The notes: generated by a model not told the origin, from the letters alone. A DNA stretch of 64,000 nt from Botryllus schlosseri (GCA_051294905.1 CM119371.1:22756001-22820000), one strand, 5' to 3'. Numbered from the stretch's first letter, positions 1-13,900 are shown. Translations and numbers: made by a program.

Positions 1-494
1 TGGGCAACTGGAATGTTGATAACCTATTTTTAGTCGTCCGATTGGAACGAAGCGAATTAGGTAACATTACAAACAAGACTTATATTACTATGCTCCAAAA
101 TTGATAACCGAATTATGTCATGAAACTGTGCAGTGTGCAGTCATGCCCTGGTCGCGCCAAGCGCGAAATTTTTTCATAGGTTATGACTGAATTTTATCAA
201 TAAGTATATTACTAACATATATTGGGGGTGCATCTGTATACCACTGGTCTCATTTGGCAAGGACAGGATTATTCGACGTTTAAATATAGCAATATCGACG
301 GTTTCGGTGAACATGCCTCTATCATTTTGTGCAAATGTTTCGTCGTCGAAGATCTCGCTGCGAGTGCACAAGCGAAGCCGCATGTTAGGCGACACGTTAT
401 CTCGTGATTGCGAATATAGTTCGACTCAATTCTATAAATAACATGTATTTATAATTTTCAGAAAGGGGCCCCAATACTGAATGCAAAAAATCTA

Positions 495-705
495 TGCAGG
501 TACAATTTGACGTCAGCTAATCGGTGTGCAAGCTCCGTCTTGACTTCTCACGGGTTTGCAGTATTCACCAACTTTTCGGTGGTAAGAAGTACTTTCTTTA
601 TGCTGAAGGTCCCGCATTTCAGTATTTCGCAAAGAACGAACTGAAAACAAAACGATGCTGTAGTAAGTTTAAAAGGTTCACAAATGTTCGTTTGAATCAC
701 CTTTA
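495..705 (-). pseudogene. Decayed partial duplicate of the sulfotransferase terminal exon
   Basis: Minus strand reads FVLCEILKCGTFSIKKVLLTTEKLVNTANP*EVKTELAHRLAD versus FILCEIPKCASSSMKKVLLTTEMLVNTTNPREVKSELAHRLAD in the 4247-4915 exon. Same acceptor context (tcgttttgttttcag), an in-frame TGA at 548-550, and similarity stops near 495. Confidence 0.8.
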
Positions 706-3385
706 AAGGTTTAAAAATCTTCTTCTGTCTCGTAATAAATGAATTACATGCCTCCATCATTCTTTCACCTTGATTACTCGTCTTGTGTTAAAACGAACAA
801 GTAATGTTGATTGTGTCATAGCCTAACGAGTAGAATTGTGAACCGAATTAGGCGGATAATTGTCCTAATTAACCTGCGTTGTTTAGCCCACGTGCAAATT
901 TTACTTTTGTTCCGTTCCTGAGAATTTTCGCGTATTAAAGTGATTGTCCGGGTTATCCGAATTTATCAGAATTTACTGTGTTCTATATCTATGTATTGAG
1001 TCTAGCAGAAATTTCCATTCACATATAGTTTTGGGCGTTTGGCTCATTATATATCTGAATACAGTACATTCTGACATGGATGCATGAGAAAGTTACGAGA
1101 GAGACAGTAAAAAAATTAGACGCTTGTTCGACGCCAAATAAGCTTGAGTGACTGCGGTCTTGAAGACTACCATCATATCGGGTCTCCCAGTCTTTACCAT
1201 GCCGATGCAATGTATGTTAGGCAAAAATCATTCCATTTTCGCACTCGAACGCTAGTGACTATTACCTACTGTATTTCACGGTGGGTAAATAAAAGAAATC
1301 TCTCTCTCTCTTTCTCTATTGTGCGTTTCAGATACACTTTACCAAATATTCGATAGTGAGCGCCCAAGAGCATCCTGAAAACAATCTTAAATAAACATGC
1401 TGAGTGACTCATCGTTGTCACCCAAGTCTTATCTCAGATAATTGACATGATCGTCGTGATGGATGGCACAGTGAATCGGCACCGGCACTTATCTGAGCTG
1501 TATTTTGATTACGGCATAGAGATTTTTGACAAAGCGACGAAAGGTATTTTTAGGGAATTATTATAGCGTTAGATTATCCCAGTTGATACAATTGGTGACG
1601 TTTAAAGAGCCACCATGGACTTCAGCAGTTCAGCATTGTGGCTTGAGTCGCCGGAAGTGCAGTTAGAATTAGCAATATGACGTCACAGGATTTTGATCAC
1701 GCTCTCGTTCACATTATAATTTTTATTACTATTGCCGTAACACAATGGCGCATATCGCCTTTTTCAGGCTACGTGCGTCATAGAAACGATTTTTTTTTGT
1801 AATCCCATATTATCTTTGACTTTCGTAATCTTTTAGGAATGATTTCATTTTTTCTCTCAAGTAATCGTCAGTCTTTCTCGCACCAATGCGCCGCATCTAC
1901 GTCTCTGCTGCCTACTCGTGGCACGGTTCACTTTCAGTCTGGGCAATGCACTACCTCAGTAATGAGACCAGCGATGAAGAGCCCAGAGAAACCTTCGTCA
2001 CGTAGCATATGGTCGAAACCGTTATTCGAACCCACTTCTATTCTGTCGTGAGTATAGTGTTAAACCAACTGTGCGACTCGCTTTGCGTTCACATAGAGCA
2101 CTTCAAAAAGGTTTTCGTTCACACGAACCAAAACCTTCAGGGGTTCGCACGATCCTATAGTGTACATCATCATTGTCCTCGATTGTGCCTATACTATGCG
2201 GGTTACGTACAAGTAAAAAAAAAACATTTTCCCACATTGAAATGGATTATTGGAAAATTGTAAGGTGGCATGAAAAACGCAACACACATGATCCGAGTAA
2301 ATTCCAACCATCAGAAGCCGAGCTATGACAATTTGACATTTCGATCACTAATAGTATACAAACAGTAGAAAACTTCGTCACTTTGAAATGACAAAACATC
2401 GTGGTCCAAGCATGCCTGAAGTGGATGCTGATTTTTTTATATTTTTTTTCATTTTTTTTTTTTTTTTTTTTTGGGGGGGGGGGTTCCAGGACCACGAGAA
2501 GAATATTTTCGAAATCAGTACTGCGGTAGCTTTCTATTGATACCAATTTCAGCAATATTCGCGCTTGCCTTTGGCCAAACGGAAAGTGTGACGTAAACCA
2601 ATCGCAGTGAGCCGTGAGATTTGATTGTGTCCGCACCATATAGGACACTGTGAACAAAGCCATCCGAAACGTTAAGAGTCAACTAGAGTGGAGCGTTTTT
2701 GAATCTTTCGTAACCCTCTGCTGTGAGCTTGGCCCGAAATCACAAAACATCAAGATCGGAATAGACTAAATCTTGGTATACAGTGGATTAAGCTTATTCG
2801 ACCAATCAACTAGAATTGACATAAAGAATACATCGTTGTGTTACGTAAAAATCTAGCAGACGTAGGGGATCCATCTTGATTTGATAAGTGTTGGCTACTG
2901 TATAACTGGTTCATGGGGTAATATCGGTAGCAAATGTAGAAATCCGTTTAACTCTCTTCTCAATGCCAATGTAAGAATAGTCAGAGGAAGAATAGATTGT
3001 CTCGTCTAGCCTGGACCGTCAAATCGTGGGTTTTTATTCCCTTGCAAGTTCTCATTGAAATTGCAGGTAAAGCGATGGAACAAATTGACTTTTTGGGATA
3101 TTGATAGCATTTGATTGTTCCAGTTGATACATTTGGTGATATTCAAAAAGTCACCATGTACTTCGGTATTGTGGCATAATGTGACCTGAGTCGTCGCTAA
3201 AGGGTATCGTGTACAATGTACATGATAATATTTCTCTGAAATATAGGGTTGGAATTAGCAATATCACGCCACATGACGTCATAGGTTCTTGTTCACGTTC
3301 TCGTTGACATAAAAGCTTTCGAACAGGTTCGCGTTCACACGAACATGAACACTTCATGGGTTCGTACTATCCCTATACTATATAT

Positions 3386-3990
3386 CAGTGGTCGGGAACC
3401 TATGGCTCGCGAGTCATATTTGGCTCTTTTGCTGATAACATATGGCTCTTCGATGAATTTCTAATTGTAATTACTAACATTACTCGGCCAATATTTAACA
3501 ATACTGCCGCAGGTTTTTGATCATGGGGAGGACCGGAAGTCGCGCAAGCTCATAAACTGAAGATTTTGAAATTTATGGCAGATATTGGCTGCTGATAATA
3601 CTCAATATTATCAGGCCAATATTATTGATTTTCCGATCGAAAGTCATGAAATCTTGGATTGTATAATGTGTTGATTATTCAGAGAGAAAAGCAGACATGG
3701 CGACGCCTAAGTTAAATAGTACAGTGCTCAACCGACGCTTATTATTATGTTGCACGGTCAAACGCCGGAAAACCGGTGGATTAGTGCGGGCGTTATAACA
3801 TCACAACAGTGTATACAACACGAAAATACGATGCACTCTGCGATTCACATGAGTTAACATCGATTTCGTGACACGATGACGTCACATATTTTCAATGGTA
3901 ATGTAGTAGTAAATTGAATTCATTGTGTGGCTCTTTCAGAAATACATTTGAATAAATAAAGTCGAAAACGAAAACGGTTTCCGACCCCAG
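3386..3990. mobile_element. hAT-type non-autonomous element (MITE)
   Basis: Ends CAGTGGTCGGGAACC ... GGTTTCCGACCCCAG form imperfect TIRs; 8-bp flanks CTATATAT / CTATTTAT (7/8). A related left end occurs at 46310. Confidence 0.7.
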
Positions 3991-4246
3991 CTATTTATGG
4001 CACGGCGCTCTCGTAAATTGCTGCATATTGGACGTCACATCTATAGCAGCTCTATTAGAATGCTAGTGTGCAACAATGTACATGGCACCTCTATTAATTT
4101 AACAACAGCAGAATCACTGAAAATATTGGGGATAATAGAGTTTTGGGCTTTGCAGTGTACTATTATCATGTGCCAGAACCAGGTTTGCATACTAACCACT
4201 CAAACCAGCTTCAAAATAAATATATGCAATCCCATGTTCGAAATAT

Positions 4247-4915
4247 TTATGGTCTGCTGAAACCGAACATATCAAAATCCGTCTGGTAACTGTTGTATAT
4301 GTCTTCGATGGTTCCAACAGGAACTGAAGCTATATATTTTTCTAATTTCTCTTTGTCTGTTTGCTCTGACGCAGCGTAATTGCTAGGAAATATTATGTTC
4401 TTCATTCTCACAATCTTCATGAACTCACTCATGTCGTTGGTAATAGTTTCGACATGCGCGATGAAGTCGTACCGTATCGTGCACGGTAGACATAAGTCGT
4501 AATATAACTTCCAATGTCGATCTCTGTCCGTATCCGTGGCCGCATATTTAAGAAATTCAGCGAATGTTGCCAACTTCGTACCCCGGCCTTCTGCCGATAT
4601 ATTTGAGTGAATCTTTCGTGACATATCCGCGAAGTCCTTGCTCCAAGGATACTCTTTGTCGAGTTTATTTCGATACGCCGACAAGAGTCTGTAAACCGGA
4701 TCGCGTACTATGATCAGTCTCTTGTAATTTCGTAACCGTTCCGCGATTCCTGTCGCGTTCCGCAAGTGCCTCAGATCTAATTGGGCGTCGGCCAATCGGT
4801 GCGCAAGTTCCGACTTGACTTCTCTCGGGTTTGTAGTGTTAACCAACATTTCCGTGGTTAGAAGTACTTTCTTCATGCTGGAGCTCGCGCATTTCGGTAT
4901 CTCGCAGAGAATGAA
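4247..4915 (-). CDS. Carbohydrate sulfotransferase (Sulfotransfer_2, CHST8-14/HNK-1ST-like), terminal coding exon
   Basis: Acceptor ttttcag at 4916-4917, then FILCEIPKCASSSMKK (5'-PAPS-binding loop), IIVRDPVYRLLSAY (3'-PAPS site), DRHW, LCLPCTIRYDFIAHVET and YQTDFDMFGF to TAA. Phase 0 matches the exon at 6869-7060. Confidence 0.92.
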   Translation of the reverse strand, partial: FILCEIPKCASSSMKKVLLTTEMLVNTTNPREVKSELAHRLADAQLDLRHLRNATGIAERLRNYKRLIIVRDPVYRLLSAYRNKLDKEYPWSKDFADMSRKIHSNISAEGRGTKLATFAEFLKYAATDTDRDRHWKLYYDLCLPCTIRYDFIAHVETITNDMSEFMKIVRMKNIIFPSNYAASEQTDKEKLEKYIASVPVGTIEDIYNSYQTDFDMFGFSRP

Positions 4916-6868
4916 CTGAAAACAAAACGATGCAGTATTACGTTTCGGTTCAAAAATATCCTATGACTGAGACGTAACACTATGCCGGCTCTTGTAAATC
5001 ACCTCTAATGAGAATGATAATGTGCTCCTTTCTGACGATTCTTTCTGGGCCCTGCTGCAAACTAATCTAACGAGGAAGGACCGATGTCGACAACCATAAT
5101 TCATCCGATATGCCATATATATATTTCAAATGCTCATTCCAAACCAATGATGATTAACAGAGATAGCTTTCACTAGGAATGTATATACGCAAAATTTGCA
5201 TCGAGAGTTGCAACGTATTACCAGCCCATTCAATTAGAGATTGGAGAATACGTTACAATTTTGCTGGACTAACGCAGAGGGCAAATTAATTAAATCGTGT
5301 CAAGAGCCGTCGCGGTCCAGATTGACGCAAGTTGCGTTGTCAGCAACATATCATCAACAGAGGTGGTCAGGGTAGTCTGGACTGGTACTCAAGTATGAGG
5401 GTAAGCAGCACAGTAAATTTCGAATCAATTACAACTATAGGAGGAGTGGTATAATAGAATATGTCGCAACTAATGCAAGTAGAAGAAGGTTAGAGGTCTC
5501 ATATGCACTAAACGAGTAGTTCAAAAAGGAGGTTTGGTCCAAGGAGTAGTTTCCAGTAGTCAACCGACGTTGGCTACTTGAAATCGATGGATGCATCTTC
5601 GCAACTTACACAAAACAACTATATTGGCAATTACAGTGCCATTGGTCGTTGTTGCAATCGGTTCAAGATTTGACAATATAATCAATTCATATCACACAGG
5701 GGTCCTTTCACTCGAATGCCATGATAATTTTACCCGTAAATGTGATGCTAACATGTCGTAAAACTACTGTCTTTAATAAAAAGCTAACATGTCGTGAAAC
5801 TACTGTCTTTAATAAAAAATAGTGGTTGCTGTTGCTTACTAAACATACGATTCAGCGCATATCACCTGAGAGCCTTTTATTGCACGAGCGGTGAAATTTA
5901 TCATATAAACCTGGGTTCTGAAAGTATGGGTCGCCAGTGGTATAATTTTGGGTCGCTACGCCACCAGAGCGATTCTTTAATACAAATGCAACTAGTGTGG
6001 AATTTCTTGGAACAAGAGCATTTATTCGCACTTCGTGCGATTTCCTGTGATAAGTTTGTACATATCCCGGGTTACTGTTTTGGGTACTATAGCCAATAAG
6101 CATGACACGTAGAAACGTTGTTACTACAATATGTCTTGATCATAAAAATGTGCCGACGTATGTATCATCAAATTGGTTTGGATTCATGACTATCCGACAT
6201 CGGTAAAACATCGTCGCCGACCGTTGAGATGCGTCAGTATAGGGATGTGCAACGACCGGGTGTTGGACTACAAGACACAGATATTTCGAGGCCAACCCCT
6301 CCGACGTCGGGACTGATGACGACATGGTGTTCAGGCATACATACGGTTGGGCACAATGCGGTGCAAAAAAGATCAATGATGATGAAACCTTGGCCAACAA
6401 TGACCGTCGGTCGTTGGCTGGAACATTCGATATTGATATGTACGGTCGTCGAAACGATCGGGGACCGAATAGTCCACTCCTTGTAATCTCAGTAAGTGTA
6501 ATAACCACTGATATAAACGATGCAAATCCAAAGCGTAAAAAAGAGAGGGGTCTTGCTTCATCAGCAACTATTCATTGGAGGTCGGAAATAACCAAAAAGC
6601 ATCCATGGGTCAGCAGAGGTGGTCAGTAAGGAAGTACTTCGACTTCTCGAGATGCTGCAAATAGATGCGTTACGTTCTCATGTAGTAATAATTTAAACCT
6701 ACCTCTACTTCTACTTCGCAGCTTTGGCTTTATTAGGCAAAACTAGGCCTAGAATACTTAGCACATGCGATCATTATCTTACCTTCCAGTTACGAAAAAA
6801 AGTAATTTGGGTAGAATCAGGTCCGCGTTAAAAACTAGCAACAAGCGATTCCAATCTTTTGGACTCAC

Positions 6869-7060
6869 CCGATGTTTGTCAGAGTACAGCAGTTTGACTT
6901 TCGGATCTAATTTCATGACGTCAAAATCGTCGTCAATATTCCCTAAATTATGTCGCTGACATTCTTCATGAAGTAGTGATTGGCGCTGTCTTTGTAACTC
7001 CATAAACCCGACTTTGTAATCAATCCGGCGGCCCTCGACGTGTTTGCTGCTCCACGCGCT
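6869..7060 (-). CDS. Carbohydrate sulfotransferase, internal (stem-region) exon
   Basis: ttgctagcag acceptor, 64 open codons ending KVKLLYSDKHR, then gtgagt donor. Splices in phase 0 to FILCEIPK, giving the family-typical LxxxDKHxxxxCxxPK. Donor is better supported than acceptor; the upstream signal-anchor exon was not identified. Confidence 0.75.
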
Positions 7061-7842
7061 CTGCTAGCAATTCATGTAGATTCATAAAGTGATACCGTAC
7101 CCATTTTCCAAATATATTATGGGATTTAGCAGTGTTGAGGTTCCATAAATCCATCAATCCTAATACGTAAATTCCATGGGTAATGCATGAATGATTCCGA
7201 CCAATCCTGGTGTTTAATCCGAGTTTCAACAACTCGTCAAGTTCGGTTATTGAAAATATTGCTTTAATTACACTTACACTGTTCTTCAAAAAATCAGTAT
7301 TCAAGCTGACATGACGAATAATATTGCAGTTTCATTTGCAGCAAATGTTGTTACCGTGTCTGCGTATATTGAGAAATCGTTAATTGGTCGGACCATGGCC
7401 TGTACTACTTCAACTGTATGCAATGACGGAAATCCGTGAATATGTGAGCATGCAACACTTCAGCGAGTGTCCAACCTGTAGGCCACGGTCCCCCGGAGGG
7501 CCATGACAAAATATTATACAATATATCATCCGAAGTCTACTTCCTTGTAACAAACGAAATAAATTGAAATTTAAGCTGCAAGAACAGACTGCAACCCAGC
7601 AGGTTATGATCAGATCAACAATCGAAATATGTTGGGAAAAGGGTAAGAGTGCACTTTCTTCCCGCGTACGATTAGATCAATGGACAATTTCTAGGCTGAT
7701 AAGGACCGAGTCTCTTTACCTCTAATTATTGCTCTAAAGGAAACTGCATAAACGGCGTACGGAGCAGAAATTCAACACGATGCATGTTCGCAATTGACCT
7801 GGCTAACAATCTGCAGACTATATCTTGAGATATTGTGTATAG

Positions 7843-8990
7843 CAGAGGTCTCAAACTCAAATGTGGTCGCGGGTCAATTTTCTAGTTTTTGATGACGCCG
7901 CGGGCCGCAGCTTCAATAATAATAGGAACATTTCATGAATAATTTCCAAGTAGGACTTATTTCACGGGGGCTTGCAGAATGGCATTCCTCAAACATTGTG
8001 AAAATGTAATTTACTATTGTACTATTCACGCTTGACACGGAAAAAATCACATTTTCAAATATTTGAATAAAATTGTTTTTACGCCGGGAAAAATGTTAAA
8101 ATATTGGGATAAGGACATCATGCGAGAGGATGCATCAAGACATCGTCAAACTGTCGGGTAATGATATTGCCAATATTAAAGGACCTTTGACGTGCCACAA
8201 TTTTATGTAAAATATTTTAAAATCTACTGATGAATGATCTGATATCAAAGCATTTGAGCGGTGTAGCCCTATCCAGGTTTTGATATAGTCGTGATAAGTA
8301 GGCTATTGTTACCGTCATTGCCAAAGCCAAATTAAATCAGCGTTAGATTTATCATTGGAGCATATCAAAAGCTACTTAAATATAATCATTATTGAGCCAT
8401 AGTAATAGGATTGTTTCTTAGCCTTCGCGATCGTAACCCCTGTGCTTCCGATAACATTTCTGGTAGGCTCTGTTCATTTGCAACACAAATAATGGTTTCC
8501 TATAATAAAATCAGAAAGCCCATTCACACGAAGTCGCGCGTAGCACGGAGACCATTTTCCAGTTGAATAAATTGGCCAAAAAAATATTCTTCCTCGGCAT
8601 ATAGGCCTAAATTCACAATTCATCTCGTACCCCCTGATGTGGTGCTTCACACCCCGAAGAGGTCTACGGACCCTGGTTGAGAACGCCTGGAATAGAAATG
8701 TCCATTGTCCAATCACCGATGAATTCATTGATGTTACAGTACAGATGTGGAGCGTACCTTACGCACCGCCGATAATAACATGGATAAGTAGAACAAAGAA
8801 CGCCCAGCATGTAACGAACTATACGTCACATGGATCACAATAATGCCGATTGCTGCCATACTAGCCTGATTAGATAGCTATATACCCTACGCAACGCAAG
8901 ATACACTACCTTTTGATATAATACTATTCCCCGTGACAGTTTCATAGATTTACAATATCCATACTCGGTGGATGTTTCCGAGCAAGTGAG
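7843..8990 (+). mobile_element. Partial hAT-type element, same family as 29117-30189
   Basis: Starts CAGAGGTCTCAAACTCAAATGTG like 29117; 8800-8990 resembles 29620-29820. No right TIR found, so the right boundary is approximate. Confidence 0.55.
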
Positions 8991-9102
8991 CAACTGATAC
9001 CGATTCAACTCCTTCTTTTTTCCATGCAGTGACGTAATCCTTTCGTGCGGGAATATAATCTCAAACTTTGCAATATACACGCATCGGGAGCGTTGCTCAC
9101 TT

Positions 9103-12071
9103 GGGCAATTCCCTGCACAGACAACCGATGTTCCCACCACTACCTCTTCAAATCTTTTGAAATTTGGTACGGGCACAGATGACCTAATTCCAAACAAGAT
9201 GAACTTTATTTCATGAAAATTGGACTTTGGGGTCAAAAGTTAGGTCACTTTGAAAATTGACAATTTTCTGCTCATTTCGGGTCTGCACTTTCAGGTTTTA
9301 TCAATGCAATATTCAAGAAGGTGTAGCTAGATGTTAGACGACAGTTGAGATACGGCATTTGGATTTATTTGAAGCTTGTCTGATCGTCTATATTTTCAAG
9401 TGAAATTTAATGCCCTGTAGGTTAGGGTCAAAGGTTAAATTGAGGGGGAATTTGGTCAATGGTCTAAAATCAGTCAGGCGTTACACGATTTAGACTGCGG
9501 ATTGCTCAAAAACATATTAAAATATTTTGGAAAATAGGATCTTAAATGAAAGTTTGCTTCAAGGAGACTTCGTTCATAGCTGTTTGATTTTGTTTTTTTT
9601 GACCGTAAAGTGATGAAATTGCAGTTTCAAGAGCACACTTCATTTGCACATGGAAATGCAGTAGTAGTAGGGTGTGTTCGGACATCTATTCTGGGGTGCG
9701 TGTGGACATCATGTCTCGGGTGTGTTCCGACATCATGTCTTGGGTCTGTTAGCACTGTGTTGCCATTCGAACATCGTGTCTGGGGTGAGTTCGGACTGTT
9801 TTGTCCCTCGGACATCGTGTATGAGGGGGGTGTTCAGACACCATGCCTGGCGTGTGTTAGGACTGTGCTGTCACTCTGACATAGTATCTGGGATATGTTT
9901 GTGTTGCGCCAGACATGACTCAGACCTGATATCTGCGCACTAATTTTATCCGGACATGCTCCGGAGCTGATACCTGCCCACTAAATACCCCCAGGCATGG
10001 TCCGAACCGGATATATGCGCGCTTAATGGACACAGATATGCGTCAGACGTGATACCCACGTCCTAAACGACGCGTTTTTGCTGATATCTGCGATAGCTGG
10101 CTATATCCACAGTAGTGGTAGCTGAGTATATCCACATTCACAGTAGAGATAGCTGAGTACATCCTAAGCTATCACTACTGTGGTTATACTCAGCTATCAC
10201 TGCTGTAGATATACCCAGCTAACGCAGATATCAGCAAAAACCGCAAATATAGAGGTCATATATAGGCCAAATGTCGTTTAGGACGTGGGTATCACGTCTG
10301 ACGCATGTATGTGTCCACTAAGCCCGCAGATATCAGGTCCGGACTATGCCTGGGTGTATTTGGTGCGCAGGTATCAGCTACGACACATGTCCAGATTAAA
10401 ATAGTGGGCAGATATCAGGTCTGGGCATGTTTGGCGTATCACAAACATATCCCAGACACGATGTCCGAGTAGCAAACAAAGTCCGGACACACCCCAGGCA
10501 TGATGTCCAAACACCTTCCAGACACGATGTCCGAATGACAACACAGTCCGAGCTCACCCCAGATACGATGTCCGCGTTGCAAAACAGTCAGAACAGACCC
10601 GAGACATAATATCTGGGGTGAGCTCGGACTGTGTTGTCATTCGGACATCATGTCTGGGAGGTGTTCGGACATCATGCCTGGGGTGTGTCCGGACTGTGTT
10701 TGCTACTCGGACATCGTGTCTGGGATATGTTTGTGATACGCCAAACATGCCCAGACCTGATATCTGCCCACTATTTTAATCTGGACATGTGTCGTAGCTG
10801 ATACCTGCGCACCAAATACACCCAGGCATAGTCCGGACCTGATATCTGCGGGCTTAGTGGACACATACATGCGTCAGACGTGATACCCACGTCCTAAACG
10901 ACATTTGGCCTATATATGACCTCTATATTTGCGGTTTTTGCTGATATCTGCGTTAGCTGGGTATATCTACAGCAGTGATAGCTGAGTATAACCACAGTAG
11001 TGATAGCTTAGGATGTACTCAGCTATCTCTACTGTGAATGTGGATATACTCAGCTACCACTACTGTGGATATAGCCAGCTATCGCAGATATCAGCAAAAA
11101 CGCGTCGTTTAGGACGTGGGTATCACGTCTGACGCATATCTGTGTTCATTAAGCGCGCATATATCCGGTTCGGACCATGCCTGGGGGTATTTAGTGGGCA
11201 GGTATCAGCTCCGGAGCATGTCCGGATAAAATTAGTGCGCAGATATCAGGTCTGAGTCATGTCTGGCGCAACACAAACATATCCCAGATACTATGTCAGA
11301 GTGACAGCACAGTCCTAACACACGCCAGGCATGGTGTCTGAACACCCCCCTCATACACGATGTCCGAGGGACAAAACAGTCCGAACTCACCCCAGACACG
11401 ATGTTCGAATGGCAACACAGTGCTAACAGACCCAAGACATGATGTCGGAACACACCCGAGACATGATGTCCACACGCACCCCAGAATAGATGTCCGAACA
11501 CACCCTACTACTACTGCATTTCCATGTGCAAATGAAGTGTGCTCTTGAAACTGCAATTTCATCACTTTACGGTCTAAAAACCAAAATCAAACAGCTATGA
11601 ACGAAGTCTCCTTGAAGCAAACTTTCATTTAAGATCCTATTTTCCAAAATATTTTAATATGTTTTTGAGCAATCCGCAGTCTAAATCGTGTAACGCCTGA
11701 CTGATTTTAGACCATTGACCAAATTCCCCCTCAATTTAACCTTTGACCCTAACCTACAGGGCATTAAATTTCACTTGAAAATATAGACGATCAGACAAGC
11801 TTCAAATAAATCCAAATGCCGTATCTCAACTGTCCTCTAACATCTAGCTACACCTTCTTGAATACTGCATTGATAAAACCTGAAAGTGCAGACCCGAAAT
11901 GAGCAGAAAATTGTCAATTTTCAAAGTGACGTAACTTTTGATCCCAAAGTCCAATTTTCATGAAATAAAGTTCATCCTGTTTGGAATCAGCTCATCTGTG
12001 CGTGTACCAAATTTCAGGAGATTTGAAGAGGTAGTGGTGGGAACATCGGTTGTCTGTGCAGGGAATTGCCC
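9103..12071. mobile_element. Non-coding foldback (palindromic) DNA transposon, possibly Sola2-like
   Basis: Arms 9103-10565 and 10610-12071 are reverse complements around a 44-bp spacer; ends GGGCAATTCCC...GGGAATTGCCC; flanked by direct repeat ACTT (or CACTTG if the ends are read one base inward). Confidence 0.9.
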
Positions 12072-12574
12072 ACTTGTGAACTAGAAAAGCCTAGCTACCA
12101 ACAAGTTTTTAGAATTGCTTCCAAACGACAAAATTTACGGGCTCACTGTACTCAATATCGTGTTTATTTGAATTATTCCACGTTGGAAAAAGTGAGAAAC
12201 TTGGACAATTTTCATTCGCACTCATCCGGATTTTTCATTCGCACCATTCGCACAACGCTTGCCGTTCGCACTCATCCGGATTTTTCATTCTAACCAATCG
12301 CACCACGCTCGTCATTCGCACTGAATTTTTTGTCATTCGCACTCGTGCGAACCATCACACAGGTTGAAAAGCACTGCATTAGTATATTCGCAGCACAGTA
12401 AAACGGGCTATCGATTTCGGAATCTGATAGTGCTGTATGAATCGTGGCGTTGCGATTGCGACGGCCAATTCGTAATACGGAGGAAATACATTCCCTTAGT
12501 GAAGCAGCTGTAATGTATTATCCATATATAACAACGTTAAATTGTGTTATGTAATACCTACTGACATAGCCTGC

Positions 12575-12830
12575 GTTGTTGATGTTGTTTGTGGCATTTA
12601 TGATGGTTTTCGACTTCAATAGTCATTTACACGATGCCGATATGCTACATTTTGATTCTATATCTGCCGACGTGTAGCACGGCCAACTTCCAGGCTTTTG
12701 TAAGACACCGCTTACGTGGAACAGATGGCGAGGAGCAGCCTATAGATAGCCTTCGTGTGAGGATGGCTAATGTGATAAGAACCAGGTCAGTACCCCATAC
12801 CAACCATGAACCTCACTGCACGTCACTGCT
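12575..12830 (-). mobile_element. Diverged copy of the tRNA-derived SINE
   Basis: Reverse-complement similarity to 31702-31988 (ctgccgac..tagcacggcc..ggcttttgtaagacaccgc). Boundaries approximate. Confidence 0.65.
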
Positions 12831-13219
12831 AAGAAGCATACGAGTACGTGGTTTACAGCACTTCCAATGCATAGCAACCGCGCAGCCAACTCTACACACC
12901 GCATTAGAGTTGAGCCGAACGGATATTAGAATTTATCCACACTGCGTAATCGCGATATCTATCCTGACTAACTTTTCGATCATATAGGCGGCTTCATCCC
13001 TATAACGGCGTGGGTTTTATAAATAGGTTTAATATTATTATCTTTGGCTTGCTAAGTATGAGTAGTGTTTGTCACCGTGGACTATTTTTATTCATCATTG
13101 AATATATCGATGCGTTAAATATCCATTAAGGTTTATAATCTGCGAATAAGCGGTGTTATGTTTGAAATAGAAATGGAGTTAAGACACGGCTGGCTAAAAC
13201 AATGCCATCGTCATAAACG

Positions 13220-13900
13220 GAGGGGTCACCGAAACGCGGGTTGCGATTTTATGTTTTGCGGCCCACGATCTGATTTTGGATTTCGCAATAAGGCTTAGTA
13301 AAGCATTTTGAAATGTCGAAATATATTTCAGTTGCAAAACATTGTTGCTGTTGTTCGAAGTTGGCTATTCTTCTACGCCCAACATCACTGTTCCTGTGGT
13401 TTTGGCGATGGCAGCAATATTCCGTCAGGGGGAATCAGCTAATATGAATGGCCATTGTGCATATTGCCTTGACATGCAATGGCCTACTAGACACTTCCAA
13501 GACCGAGACGTTTAGAAAACGGCTTAGGCTTAGGGCTTCCCTACAAGATCAAGCCTTACGAGGCGATAGTCTTCCAGATAGTGATGTGTCACGCTAGCCC
13601 CAATATGGATTCCGCAGTCGCTGAAAAGCGATGTCTGGTATCGTGCGAAGCTCATGTAGTTCAAAATAAAATGAAAGTCATGTTCAATATAATTTTGTTG
13701 TAGTTATATTTCTTACATAAAATATGACTTTATTGTGGTCGCCCATATTAGCGAGCATGGAATTGTACTAACGTGAAGTTTGAAGAACGTGGCTGCTCAA
13801 CTATGAGCCCTTTTTGTCTCGACATTACACTCTTGCTTTCCGCGGCCTCTACAAAATTTGAAAAGTGACCAACGACCAGTTTTGAGTTGGCGAACCCCGG
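13220..13900 (+). mobile_element. hAT-type element, uninterrupted relative of 34007-35437
   Basis: Colinear similarity with 34007-34424 plus 35137-35437; ends gagttggcgaaccccgg versus gagttggcgacccctg. Confidence 0.7.

Noticed and set aside
2247..2663. 138-aa ORF with a PPPPKKKK tract
   Set aside because: The tract is the translation of poly-T/poly-G homopolymer runs; no domain or splice support.
7090..7304. Candidate N-terminal exon of the sulfotransferase
   Set aside because: Would need a 40-nt intron and has no clear transmembrane anchor; not supportable without transcript data.
9610..11565. PRHDV-repeat and mirrored ORFs
   Set aside because: Translations of the tandem motifs in the palindromic element, open in several frames on both strands, with no domain signature.
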